NCBI GenBank assembly: GCA_964016885.1
Contig: OZ024743.1
Location: 257,300,001-257,364,000, forward strand
Reading direction: 5' to 3'
Source of the DNA: Eledone cirrhosa
Taxonomy: Eukaryota
Length of the DNA: 64,000 bases
A model generated the notes under the pieces. It did not search any database. It saw nothing but the letters and a program-made list of their open reading frames with translations, and was not told the DNA's origin. Made by a program: the position numbers and the translations under genes. Position 1 is the stretch's first letter; each line of letters begins with the position of its first letter. Positions 13,581-27,478 of this stretch are shown piece by piece.

Positions 13581-15014
13581 TATTTATTTCTAATAAACTA
13601 TCTATATTAGTTGTCCTCATTTTTCCACTGGTGACATTTTAACGTGTACCATTTTTGTCATTCTACTTTTTTACCAAGGGAAAGGCGTAACTTCACCGGC
13701 CTCATTGGTTCTCTTCTATCGTCGAGTTTGCTCAGATGGGATGTAACCATGAGAGCCCTACCTGCCTAATTATTTGGCCAGAACCTAGGACATATACCTG
13801 AGCTCAAACCACAGACACTCCTGATCAACATGATGGTCCAAAGTAAAAAGAGACCTACATCACTCGTCTTTTCACATACATGATGTTCTTCGTTCCCTCA
13901 TTCCGCCAAGAAGTTTAGTGACATCACTAAACTCCCTACTTTCAGCAAGGAAACCCAACCCAACACACCACAAAAAATATCCACGTTTTCCTTCCATCCT
14001 GTCAATCTTCTACAGAATCGAGCCGTTTTAAAACTGCAAATATCTTTTACATTTTAGAATGACTGTGCCTTCAGTAATTTTTTTCTTATTACTCCAGTCG
14101 CAGTTAATCGATAGATTTGGTTAATATGTTTAAGATAATTACTGGTTTCACGTCGTTCCTCCACCCAAACACCATTACATCCGTCTCCAAAACAGATGTA
14201 ATAAAATTTATTTTTTCTGAATTTAAAAGTAGTTAGATAGGTTTGGTTAGAGCTTTGAAAGCGCAAATTATGTTTTTATTATAATTTTTTTAATTTTTTT
14301 GTGTGTTTTGAACGAATATGAACTTCAAAACTCGTAAATTATTCGTTTTCTGTGGTCCACCCCTTCACACACATATGAAAACTCCATTACAATTGTCTCC
14401 CAGAAGTGTATAATAATAGAAATTTCCCTTCTTCAATTTTTCTTATTAAGCACCAGTAAATGTTTTTTTCTGTTGCGCACTTTTCTACGAATCCTACTTC
14501 GCATAATAATGCACTTCAGCGCCTATAGTATTTCATTCTTAACAATTAAAGCTCTATAGAACACATGCTTATTATCTGTTGTTATAATTAGTAATGTACT
14601 GGGTAATTGCTGGCCTGTGCCAAAAGTTATAATTATTGCATGTTATCATCTCCTACCATCACGCTAATTATAACGGTAATTCTGTGATTGTGTGATGTTG
14701 CCTGAAACAATGTTACAGGGCAACAGCAGAATTCCCAGTAGTGTGTAATTGAGAAAGTGTGCATGTCTTCGTCTTTTGTTTGATATGTTTATTTTCTAAA
14801 TCATAATCATTATATAAACTACGTCTATATCTATAAAACGTTGACGAAGTGGAATAAATTTAATTATAACTTACACGGTTAATTGTGTATGTAGCGAATT
14901 CAAATATTTAAAGGGAAATTTAAGTATCCTGTTTATATAGTCAATATATTGTTATTTGGCTGCTATTTCCAGCTCACAGCAGCGTTTCAAAATATTTTCT
15001 GTAAAACATATTGA

Positions 15015-16172
15015 ACAATATATATAGTAATAATAATAAATTTGAAGACTAAAATCCAAAGAGGGCTCGATAAGGATAAATATATATATAAGGGTGAAAG
15101 CAGCGATGCTTTGCTTAATCTTTAATCTGTTATTTTAATAAATATATATGTGTGTGTGTGTGCGTGCGTGTGTGTGTGTGTGTGTGTGTAAAAGGGAAAC
15201 AGAAATAACAACACAATCGGAACACTATTTGGAAGGAATATATTAGGTTAACGCTTGGAAAAGCAGGAAGACGGCCTTAACGTTCACCAGAAGAAAGAAT
15301 GAGAAATTAGAAAGATTGAAGGGACGGACGGAGCAGAATCGGAAAAAAATGTTTTTAGAGGAAATAAAACAGTTCCATTCATGTTGACATCTCTTGGAAA
15401 AGTGTTGATGCTGGCGTTTTGTGTAGGATATACTTTTTTTTTTAGAAAAGGGCTTGATGGAGCGTGTCTACCAAAAATGAAAAAAATGTTTTGTATATAG
15501 AGCTATACGTGGCGCGTGCGTATGCATGTTTGTGTATGTTATACGCCCGTACGAATCTAAGAGGATGATTATGTATATGTAAGTAAAAGAGTGTGTGTGT
15601 GTGTGCTTGTAAGTACGAAGCTGCGAGCAAAATTCTGTTAACATAAGGGTGCGTGTGTGTGTGTGCTTTGAAGGACAGTAGAGGTGTGTGTGTGCGTAAT
15701 TTATTGGTCTGTATCAGCTGTAAGAGTATATATTTATGACCATAAGAGAGCCATAGGAATCTAGGGGTGAATGTACAAGCGCGTGTGTGATAACGGACGG
15801 GGTAAACGTGATGGGGCAAAGGGTAGAGAAGTAAGCATGAACGTATATGTGTAATATTAAAGAAAATGGGGAGGGGAGTTGAGTCCATGAGGGAAACGGC
15901 CCAAGGCGGTAAATCAGACTGTGTCCAGTACTGGTGCGCGAAGCCTGTGATCCGTTATCTAAAAGGACAACCAGGACTGAGACATGTAAGGAAGAGTGGC
16001 CTGGGGAACAAAAATGATGAGCGACGGGGGTATCCTACCGAGTCGTATGTCCCTCAAATATTCAGCAAAACGGTCCGCAAACGGCGTCCCGTTTGTCCGA
16101 TGTATAAACACCCATAATGAAACACCGGAGGGCATAGACAACGTGGGTGGAGGTGCAGGTGAAGGAGTGCAT
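15015..16172 (-). mobile_element. Decayed Neptune-type PLE 3' part plus rearranged pLTR pieces (CAGAAGA family)
   Basis: 15875-16172 minus, frameshifted: HSFTCTSTHVVYALRC..LYIGQTGRR.ADRFAE..VAHHFCSPGH..PHGLN. The UTR resembles 61270-61385. 15015-15145 matches 35400-35545. Confidence 0.75.
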
Positions 16173-16243
16173 ATATATATATATATATATATAAAGAATG
16201 AATAATAACAGATAGACATCATAAAAAGGTAATTTATTCCGTG

Positions 16244-16355
16244 TGCTTACAAGTGTTTCCACGGTGGTACTGCAGCCTAGTTATGCTACGTGCAAATTCA
16301 CAAGTACTTGCAGAACTCGAATATCCAATGCTGTGACCACTGTTTCCTCAGAGCA
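16244..16355 (-). ncRNA. Type I HHR with extended stem II (inverted pLTR copy)
   Basis: Reverse complement of 17891-18002. Confidence 0.75.
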
Positions 16356-16570
16356 GAATGGTAAATGTACAATGTAAATACCCTTAAGTGGGGTTGTTGG
16401 GGAAGATAGAGAAGAAAAGAAAGAGAGAAAAGTAGGGAAGAGGGAGAGAGAAAGAAAGATATGCAGGGGTTGGAGAAGTAGGAGAGAGTGGCTTGTAGAT
16501 ATCTTAATCAAAATGTTATGGTAGGGGTTTTATTATACTGGTTACTTTTGGAGAGATGCGTTGATAGTTA

Positions 16571-17396
16571 ACCAGACATACTAATAATAGAAGATCACCA
16601 CTAAATAAATCACGTTGTAGAAAGTATATCTGGTACAATCCTATTTTTAATGCCTCGATTAGTACAAAACTATCTCTTTCATTCTTTAAGTTAATCAACA
16701 AACACTTCCCTAGTTCCCATAAATACAGCAAAATTCTGAACTCTAAAACTATTAGACTATCATACTCCACGGCACCAAACCTTGAAGCATACATAAAAAA
16801 AACTTAACTTAAGGCAATTAAACAACTCTACAAAACAAAACATTTTAGTAACAGATGGGCAGAACGCAATATCTGCCTCCCAACCACTAAATGGGAGATG
16901 GGTATTACACAACCCACCTGTACCGCTATCACAAACTATCCATGGTATACCCGCTACCCACAACAAAGAATGTAACTGCCATCTACCTGAAAGATGTCCA
17001 TTGAAGAATGAATGCCTAAAGTCCAACATTGTTTACCAATGCACGGTTAAATCGAACGACCAGAAATGGTATTATATCGGATCTACCACCACATCGTTTA
17101 AATCTCGCTGGTACCGTCATCGATTCTCAATCAAACATCCGAATCACCGTTTTGTGACCACGCTCGCCAACAAGACCTGGCAACTCCGTGAACACAAGCA
17201 ACAGTTCACCTTAAAATGGGATATACTTTCCAGCTCAAGTGCATATCGGAGTGGATTGAAGTACTGCAGGTTATGTAACCTTGAGCTCTTTTACATATTA
17301 AAATCCCCAAACAAACTACTTAACGATAGAATTGAACGATCATTATACTGCAACCACAAACTAAAAGCTAAATTCTTTCACTATAAAATAACTTAA
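16571..17396 (+). pseudogene. Duplicated PLE linker plus GIY-YIG endonuclease
   Basis: CNCHLPERCPLKNECL..NIVYQC..YYIGSTTTSFKSRW..CRLCNLE..CNH. Confidence 0.9.
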
Positions 17397-17890
17397 CATT
17401 CGAACCCGTAACTATAACACCACTTTCTAGCTAACAACCTTCTCTTCCCCCCACACTACAAGACAATACACTGCTTATCACTATAGATGGTAACTCAGTG
17501 CAATTCCTAGATTACTACTACAAACCCAAAGTTCACTCACCACACATACTTTGTCTGTCCCCTCTCTACCTATGTCTCTCTACATCCATTACACTCTCTT
17601 TCTCTCTCACCTTTGACCTACCTCCCTCTCAACATCTATGAACCTGCCCTCTGGGGCAATAAATAATTCCGACCTTAACTATCAACGCATCTCCCCAAAA
17701 GTAACCAGTATAATAAAACCCCTACCATAACATTTTGATTAAAATATCTACAAGCCACTCTCTCCTACTTCTCCAACCCCTGCATATCTTTCTTTCTCTC
17801 TCCCTCTTCCCTACTTTTCTCTCTTCCTTTTCTACTCTATCTTCCCCAACAACCCCACTTAAGGGTATTTACATTGTACATTTACCATTC

Positions 17891-18002
17891 TGCTCTGAGG
17901 AAACAGTGGTCACAGCATTGGATATTCGAGTTCTGCAAGTACTTGTGAATTTGCACGTAGCATAACTAGGCTTCAGTACCACCGTGGAAACACTTGTAAG
18001 CA
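17891..18002 (+). ncRNA. Type I HHR with 85-nt stem II
   Basis: TGCT-CTGAGGA-A ACAGTGGT..ACCACCGT G-GAAA-CACTTGT-A-AGCA, followed by AATAAA. Confidence 0.75.
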
Positions 18003-18247
18003 CACGGAATAAATTACCTTTTTATGATGTCTACCTGTTATTATTCATTCTTTATATACACTCCGGAATACTGAAGGATCAGGAACTAAGTTTCTTGAAC
18101 AATTCTTCCATAACTCGTAGAGTAACCTCTTACCGTACGTCAACCATATCCAGTGTAGTAATTAACCATTACTACATCTTGGATAATCCTATACCTAATA
18201 ATCGCCTCCTACACAGTTGAGCAACCACACCGACACACGGCATTAAT

Positions 18248-20566
18248 ATGGAAAGGCATCATATAGGTATGTCACTTAAAAACATACCTATACCTAACAA
18301 AAGGGAATATATTCTTAGTATGATTCAACGCAGTAACGACTTCATTCGGCGTGTACGATGGAAAGCTTTCCATTTCGATAAAGGACGCGCCAATCACTCG
18401 TCTGAATCATATGGTTTTAGATCATGTAAAAACCCACCTACAAACCCTCACCTCGATGCTTTCGAACAAGATTTAATGAAAACGACCATGGACATTAAGT
18501 TCAACAAACATAGAAATAATGAGCTGCAGAACAACATGAAAGCACTACTCCGAAGATTGCAAAATACCAATGGAATTGTTGTGAAAGCTGACAAGACTTC
18601 TAACGTGTATACCATGGATATCGATACGTACAATAACTTCATACGCAACGAACTACACAAAAAATATAGAAAAACAAATGAAACTACGCTAGAAAATATT
18701 AACAACGAGGCATATAAAGTGGTGAAGAATCTCAAAATAGACGATAGAACCGAGCCGATTATACCCGCTACCCCCACCTTCAACCTGAAGGACCATAAGG
18801 TAAATTTTGACTCTAACCCTAAGATCAGACTTATATGCCCTTCTAAATCAGACATAGGGAAAATTAGCAAACATATACTTGACAGAGTAATAACTCAAGT
18901 GAAAAAGAAAATTGAAATTAAATTATGAGGCAACACTAGCGAAGCAATTCGCTGGTTTAATAATGTTAAGAATAAGAATAAATCTAAGTTTATACAATTT
19001 GACATAGACGAATACTACTCTTCCATCTCACCAAGCACTTTACGTAAGGCCCTATCGTTTGCTAAGACCAATTCCGACATAACGGAGGACGAAATTAATA
19101 TTATTGTCGAGGCTAGAAAAACCATTATTAAGTTCGATAACTGCTACTGGGAACGTAAGGACAGACCCACAAATTTCGATATTACCATGGGTTCCAACGA
19201 CTCGGCGGAGGTCACGGATCTCGTGGGAATTTACATAGCCCACATATTACATAGTAAATTTAGTAATCTACAGGGGGGGATATACAGAGATGACGAGCTC
19301 TTATTAGTTAATAACTTGAATAACCAAAATCTTGAAAGGCTACGGAAAAATATTAGAAAATCTTTTAGTGAACTGGGTCTAAAAATGACATACGAATACA
19401 ATCTTAAAGTAGTAAACTTTCTGGACGTAACTCTTAATTTAAATACTGGACAGATACGACCCTTCCACAAGGTAAATGAGAACCTTACGTATATTAATTT
19501 TAACTCTAACCACCCACTCTCCATGATCAAATCAGTTCCCCGGAGTATTTCTCTTAGAATCTCTCGCCTATCGTCTAACTCTGATATTTTTAGTGAACAC
19601 GCTGAATAATGCATTAAGGAATGCTGACCACCGGGATACAATAGAATACATCGATAGGAATTTCCATAACACACATAGCTCTACACGAAATCAAGGAATA
19701 CGTAACCGGGGGACTAAAACACAAGCACACACACACAGTACTACCAGACATACTAATAATAGTAGATCACCACCAAATAAATCACGTTGTAGAAAGTATA
19801 TCTGGTACAATCCTATTTTTAATGCCTCGATTAGTACAAAATTATCTCTTTCATTCTTTAAGTTAATCAACAAACACTTCCCTAGTTCCCATAAATACAG
19901 CAAAATTCTGAACTCTAAAACTATTAGACTATCATACTCCACGGCTCCAAACCTTGAAGCATACATAAAAAACTTAACTTAAGGCAATTAAACAACTCTA
20001 CAAAACAAAACATTTTAGTAACAGATGGGCAGAACGCAATATCTGCCTCCCAACCACTAAATGGGAGACGGGTATTACACAACCCACCTGTACCGCTATC
20101 ACAACCTATCCATGGTATACCCGCTACCCACAACAAAGAATGTAACTGCCATCTACCTGAAAGATGTCCATTGAAGAATGAATGCCTAAAGTCCAACATT
20201 GTTTACCAATGCACGGTTAAATCGAACGACCAGAAATGGTATTATATCGGATCTACCACCACATCGTTTAAATCTCGCTGGTACCGTCATCGATTCTCAA
20301 TCAAACATCCGAATCACCATTTTGTGACCACGCTCGCCAACAAGACCTGGCAACTCCGTGAACACAAGCAACAGTTCACCTTGAAGTGGGATATACTTTC
20401 CAGCGCAAGTGCATATCGGAGTGGATTGAAGTACTGCAGGTTATGTAACCTTGAGCTCTTTTACATATTAAAATCCCCAAACAAACTACTTAACGATAGA
20501 ATTGAACGATCATTATACTGCAACCACAAACTAAAAGCTAAATTCTCTCACTATAAAATAACTTAA
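18248..20566 (+). pseudogene. PLE reverse transcriptase + GIY-YIG polyprotein (possibly Hydra-type clade), disrupted
   Basis: SLKNIPIP, ADKT, KDHK, FIQFDIDEYYSSI, FDITMGSNDSAE, YRDD, NFLDVT, SNHP and a C-terminal GIY-YIG. In-frame TGA at 18926, frameshifts near 19607 and 19970. Confidence 0.95.
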
Positions 20567-21058
20567 CATTCGAACCCGTAACTATAACACCACTTTCTAG
20601 CTAACAACCTTCTCTTCCCCCCACACTACAAGACAATACACTGCTTATCACTATACATGGTAACTCAGTGCAATTCCTAGATTACTACTACAAACCCAAA
20701 GTTCACTCACCACACATACTTTGTCTGTCCCCTCTCTACCTATCTCTCTCTACATCCATTACACTCTCTCTCTCTCACCTTTGACCTACCTCCCTCTCAA
20801 CATCTATGAACCTTCCCTCTGGGGCAATAAATAATTCCGATCTTAACTATCAACGCATCTCTCCATAAGTAACCAGTATAATAAAACCCCTACCATAACA
20901 TTTTGATTAAGATATCTACAAGCCACTCTCTCCTACTTCTCCAACCCCTGCATATCTTTCTTTCTCTCTCCCTCTTCCCTACTTTTCTCTCTTCCTTTTC
21001 TACTCTATCTTCCCCAACAACCCCACTTAAGGGTATTTACATTGTACATTTACCATTC

Positions 21059-21170
21059 TGCTCTGAGGAAACAGTGGTCACAGCATTGGATATTCGAGTT
21101 CTGCAAGTACTTGTGAATTTGCACGTAGCATAACTAGGCTGTAGTACCACCGTGGAAACACTTGTAAGCA
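21059..21170 (+). ncRNA. Type I HHR with extended stem II (3' pLTR copy)
   Basis: Same motif as 17891-18002. Stem II is further extended by ACAGC/GCTGT. Confidence 0.75.
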
Positions 21171-21362
21171 CACGGAATAAATTACCTTTTTATGATGTCT
21201 ATCTGTTATTATTCATTCTTTATATACACTCCGGAATACTGAAGGATCAGGAACTAAGTTTCTTGAACAATTCTTCCATAACTCGTAGAGTAACCTCTTA
21301 CCGTACGTCAACCATATCCAGTGTAGTAATTAACCATTACTACATCTTGGATAATCCTATAC

Positions 21363-21425
<63 letters not shown>

Positions 21426-21839
21426 TAAACGGACGGTAGTCCGTTTAGTAATATTGCTGTGGTCGTGTTTTCGTTGGCTATCGTCTGTTTACGACAGTAC
21501 AGCGCGGCTCTACTTTATTTAAGTGAGATAAAACTTATATGAGCATGAACAGTAGATCATTACGCATCTTTTGGCTTAAAAATCTAGAAATTTGGTCCAG
21601 CGGGAAAAAGTTTATAATGAAAGTTTGCTGATAAATCTTGTGTTCAAGTGAGTGAGTAGTAAGCGTGACGCTAGGGGAGGTAATCCAGAAATGACGTAGC
21701 TTTGTCATTAAGCCAGTTGCCTCAACTAGATTGCAATTATACTTAAAAGAACTTTAAAATGTCAATCACTTGTCAGTAATTCACTATGATCATTTAATTA
21801 TTAGATAGTTGTTGCTTGCATTGCCTTAAAAAATAGTAG

Positions 21840-23435
<1,596 letters not shown>

Positions 23436-23561
23436 TCACAGCGGAGAGAAAAATATAAATAAAAAATGGCGTACTGCGTTGTTACAAATGGGATACATAT
23501 GAATAAAAATATATATATAAAAATGAAGAATTAATACATAAATGCAACAACACAGCTCGCC

Positions 23562-23640
<79 letters not shown>

Positions 23641-23689
23641 ACACACACACATATGAATATATTACTCATCTCAAGAGAACGTCCTTACG

Positions 23690-23890
23690 CATATATTTGG
23701 CCGTAACTTTCTAGAAAAATTTACTTCTGCATTTACAGATTGATTTCCTCAGTTTCAGATGATCCTGCTTAGGACAAAAGCAGATAATTTTTATCTGTAC
23801 TAATAATAATTATTTGCTGTACGGTTTTATATGTACTTATATATATGTATATACAACTCTTATCGAGTCCTCTTTGGATTTGGGGCTTTG
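23690..23890 (+). repeat. Diverged CAGAAGA-family pLTR
   Basis: atttacttctgc..acagattgattt..agtttcagatga tcct gctt agga..tacggttt..ttatcgagtcctctttggattt matches 61740-61912. Confidence 0.7.
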
Positions 23891-23894
23891 TATT

Positions 23895-23950
<56 letters not shown>

Positions 23951-23952
<2 letters not shown>

Positions 23953-25493
23953 TCATCATCATCATCATCATCATCGTTTAACGTCCATCTTCTACGCTAG
24001 TATGGGTTTGGACGGGAATTTTCCCACTTGAGCCAAGATTGGTTGTCTTGCTCGTATAGGACTGTCTGGCGGGTTTTCTACGGCTGGACGCCCTTCCTAA
24101 CACCAACCACGTTTACAGTGTTGACTGGGAGGTTTTTACCGTGTTACCTACACGGCAACATTACAGCGTGGACTGTGTGTTTTTTTTTGTCGTGACAGCT
24201 ACACGACCTCATTTGTTTCGGACTGGATGTTGTGGTACCAACATAACTTTACATTGTAAGGAATGGTGTGGATGGGGTGGGGTAGGGGTAGTGGGACAAG
24301 GGTGTATTTTTGTTAGAGGTGCCTACTCACTGTAGGATTCGCTTTGTACTTAGGCAAGGCGGGTATTCTGTATTACTGTGTAGCGCCAAAGATCTCGGTC
24401 CAGTGACATTGTCTTGGAGAGGTGTAAGTGTGTGAGGTCGGAATTTATCAAGTCGTCCCAGGTTTTTCTGGGTCTGCCTACTCCGTGGCTACCGTCTATT
24501 TTTATCGCCCTGCACTTTTTTATACAGCTGTCGTTTTTCATGCGCATCACGTGACCATACCAACGTAGTTTTCTCTCGAGTAAACAACATCTGATCCCTC
24601 TTATTCCTAATTCCTCCCTTAGGTCGTTTATGCTTTGTTTGCCGTTCACGTATATTACTATTACACATCCAGCGGAGCATGCAAGCTTCGTTTCTCTCCA
24701 GTCTGCGTATATCCTCTGCACACAATGCCCAGGTCTCACTGCCATGTAACATTGCTGTTCGTATGCAGGCATCATACAGCCTGCCTTTCATTTTTAGAGA
24801 GAACCCTTTAGCGGCCAATAGTGGTATAAGCTCTCTGAACTTTTTCCATCCCGTTTTGACTCTAGCTACTATACTTTCAGAGCACCCTCCCCCACTGCTC
24901 ATTTTGTCACCCAGATAACGGAAGGTGTCCACTATTTCTATAGAACCATCTGTGCAATGGAATGAGCTAGTATTCTGTGGGCACTTGCTGCTACTTATTG
25001 CACCAGAGCACCGGCCACATATAAAATCTATGTTCTTAGTTAGCTTACCTGTGATCCCACTACATCTTTTATGCACCCATACTTTGCATTTGGGACATAA
25101 AATGGAGTTTCTGCCTACTCCTTTCCTACACACTGAGCATGGCCATTTCCCAGATGGGACTGGTGCCCTATTTTTCTTCCTAAAAACTAGAACTTTAGTC
25201 TTAGAGATTAATTTTAAGACCTTTTGATTCTAGGCCATGCTTCCATATTTGGAATTTCTTCTCTACTTCGGCCATTGATTCAGCTATGAGCGTCTGATCA
25301 TCTGCGTATAGGAGTTCCCATGGGCAGCCGGCCTTGAACTCCTCTGTTATAGCCTGAAGGGCAATAATAAATAGGAGGGGGCTAAGGACGCTAAACTCTT
25401 CACTACATTCTTTGTTAATTCTAACCTTGCTGACTGTTTCTTTATACATGGCTTGTATAGCTCTCACAAGCCATTCATCAACACCTAGTTTTC
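23951..25493 (-). mobile_element. 5'-truncated RTE-clade LINE (family 1)
   Basis: ELLYADD, WPCSVC..C..C..WVHKRC Zn insertion, FRYLG, MLHGSETW, LRWYGHV, GRPRKTW. (GAT)n tail. Confidence 0.92.
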
Positions 25494-25494
25494 T

Positions 25495-25880
25495 AATATA
25501 TATAATAGTAGAAAACTGATTTGTTATATCCATATTAGTAGCGCACTCAGTCCATGGGACGAGTTTGATAGAAGTAGTTCATAACAGTTAGTTCACCATA
25601 CCGAGAACAAAAGTTTCACCTTATTTGGATCCTCAGCTCGATCTAAAATCCTAATAAGGTGAAACATTTGTTCTCGGTATGGTGAACTAACTGTTATGAA
25701 CTACTTCTACGAAACTTGCCTATGGACTAAGTGCTCTACTACAACGGATATAACAAACCAGTGTTCTACTATTATATATATAATGTTTCACCTTATTTGG
25801 ATCCTTAGCTCTGTCTAAAATCTGAATAAGGTGAAACATTTGTTCTTGGTATAGCGAACTAACTTTTGTGAACTACTTCT
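25495..25880. repeat. Head-to-head inverted pLTR pair (about 290-bp imperfect palindrome) plus partial duplicate
   Basis: 25495-25625 pairs with 25653-25783. 25785-25880 repeats the centre. Related to 63252-63321. Confidence 0.8.
25603..25639 (-). ncRNA. Minimal type I HHR motif
   Basis: GAG-CTGAGGA-tCC aaataa GGt-GAAA-CTTTTGT-T-CTC. Confidence 0.55.
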
Positions 25881-25929
25881 ATATATATATATATATTTTT
25901 TTTTTTTATATATATATATAGTAATAATA

Positions 25930-26046
25930 ATAAAACGTTTTTTGAAATATTCACTTCTGTGTTAACAGATTGACTTTGTTAGTTAGTTTCAGAAGATCCC
26001 GTTAAGGGTGAAAGCAGCGATTCTTTGCTTAAACTTTAATGTGTTA

Positions 26047-26053
<7 letters not shown>
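25930..26053 (+). repeat. CAGAAGA-family pLTR fragment
   Basis: gtttCAGAAGAtcccgttaagggtGAAAgcagcgattctttgcttaaactttaat. Confidence 0.75.
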
Positions 26054-26090
<37 letters not shown>

Positions 26091-26091
<1 letters not shown>

Positions 26092-26239
26092 CCACAGTGA
26101 GTGGAGTTAGTAGAGTGATGATTTTCTTTGAACGAAACAGTTTTAGTCCTGTAGAAATGCTTTCTACATGACTAAAACTGTTTCGTTCAAAGAAAATCAT
26201 CGATCTACTAATGTATTGAGTACCTTACTTACTGTGGTT
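26091..26239. repeat. Fold-back palindrome
   Basis: 41-bp stem (26117-26157 / 26161-26201) with one mismatch and a 3-nt loop. Looser pairing extends to accacagt/actgtggt. Confidence 0.85.
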
Positions 26240-27076
26240 ATCCCTGATTGAACCCAGGACTCATATTTGTTACAAATATTTTCTTTTATGTTTGAATCAC
26301 ACTTTGACAAACCATACTCACACTCAATATTAATACAGCTAGACACACTTAGATACCATAAAGAAAAAGGTATAGTCAATTCCACCAATATATATGGTGA
26401 AAGAATTAGAAACAACACACACACTATTTCTATGTTTCCTTTTCTATCTAATTGTACTCTCCGAAGGAAGGACTAACGTCCAATGAGTGGAACTACTCTT
26501 CTTTCTTTTATCCAAAGCCTGAACCTAATAACACTAATTGTTTTTGCATCATTTTTTTTTTTGTGTGTTTTTCATATTTTGTATTATATACATACATATA
26601 TATATATGTGTGTGTGTATGTGTGTGTGCAAAACTCAACCTGGAAAACGGGCCCGAGAAGAGCAATAGATTACATTGAATATATATATATATATATATCC
26701 CATACTCTAATCATCCTACCCATGTACCTATGTCTCTAATTCCCCAAACATCTTGGGCAACATACTGCTCCTTTTCTTTTGTTTTAAAAAGTCTGGCATC
26801 ACGTCTGGAAAAGGGAGTTATTTGCAGTTTATCAGAGATTAACTAGCTTATATACACATTCTGCTCTTGTCTCTCAAGAGATGACAAATGAACACAAAAA
26901 GTGGAGAGATGCCATGCTGAGAAGGACCCGTCCAACCCATGCAAGCATGGAAAAGCAGATGTAAAAACAATGATGATGATGATAATGTGTGTACATGACT
27001 GTGTATATATGCATTCACACAGGTATATGAATATGCTTTATGTGTGTGTGTGTATCTATGTGTATATGGGAGAGAT

Positions 27077-27478
27077 GACCCCTTAGCCTTTGTCAAGGCA
27101 GAATTCTAGGAGAAGGAAAACTCTGATATAACACCTGCAACCCTGATGGTATCCAATGATGTTGACTTGTTCTTCTTTTTGGTAAATATCATCTTGGTTA
27201 AGAGAGTGGGACTGGCTTTGTGCAGTGCCTTTGCTCACTATAAAAGCTTCACGGCACAGGCATTGCTTTATATCTGGAGATCTCTCTGCACTTGTCGTCA
27301 CATGGTACCATGGGCCTAGCACTGTGTCAATAATTGTCACAAGTGTAGTGTTTGTACCAGAGTTTTCAAGTCGCTGGCTGGACTAAAAAGTCACACTCGT
27401 TCAGCGCATCGGTAGGGGTTCTCCTACATGGATATAAAGTAGTGGCCGTACTCGAAAACGAGTTGGCAGCTGCCATAT
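27077..27478 (+). mobile_element. Second copy of the ~400-bp non-autonomous element
   Basis: Near-identical to 12105-12510. A diverged, longer relative lies at about 33610-34145. Confidence 0.7.

Larger units (their letters stand above)
16188..21368 (+). mobile_element. Near-complete Penelope-like retroelement: inverted pLTR, partial tandem copy, then full unit
   Basis: Inverted pLTR at 16188-16571. 16571-18200 is a near-identical direct copy of 19744-21368. RT-EN ORF at 18248-20566. (TA)n at both ends. Confidence 0.95.

Noticed and set aside
17735-18220. Repeated small ORFs (76-95 aa) in three places
   Set aside because: Incidental frames within the pLTR copies.
18926-18928. In-frame TGA in the PLE RT as selenocysteine (as in Naiad PLEs)
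   Set aside because: It falls at a Trp position (LNLW in the 45.6-kb relative), so it is a TGG->TGA nonsense change. Domain order is RT-EN, and no SECIS was seen.
26457-26490. CCGAAGGA-GGAC/GTCC motif
   Set aside because: GAAA and stem III are absent; at best a deleted HHR.
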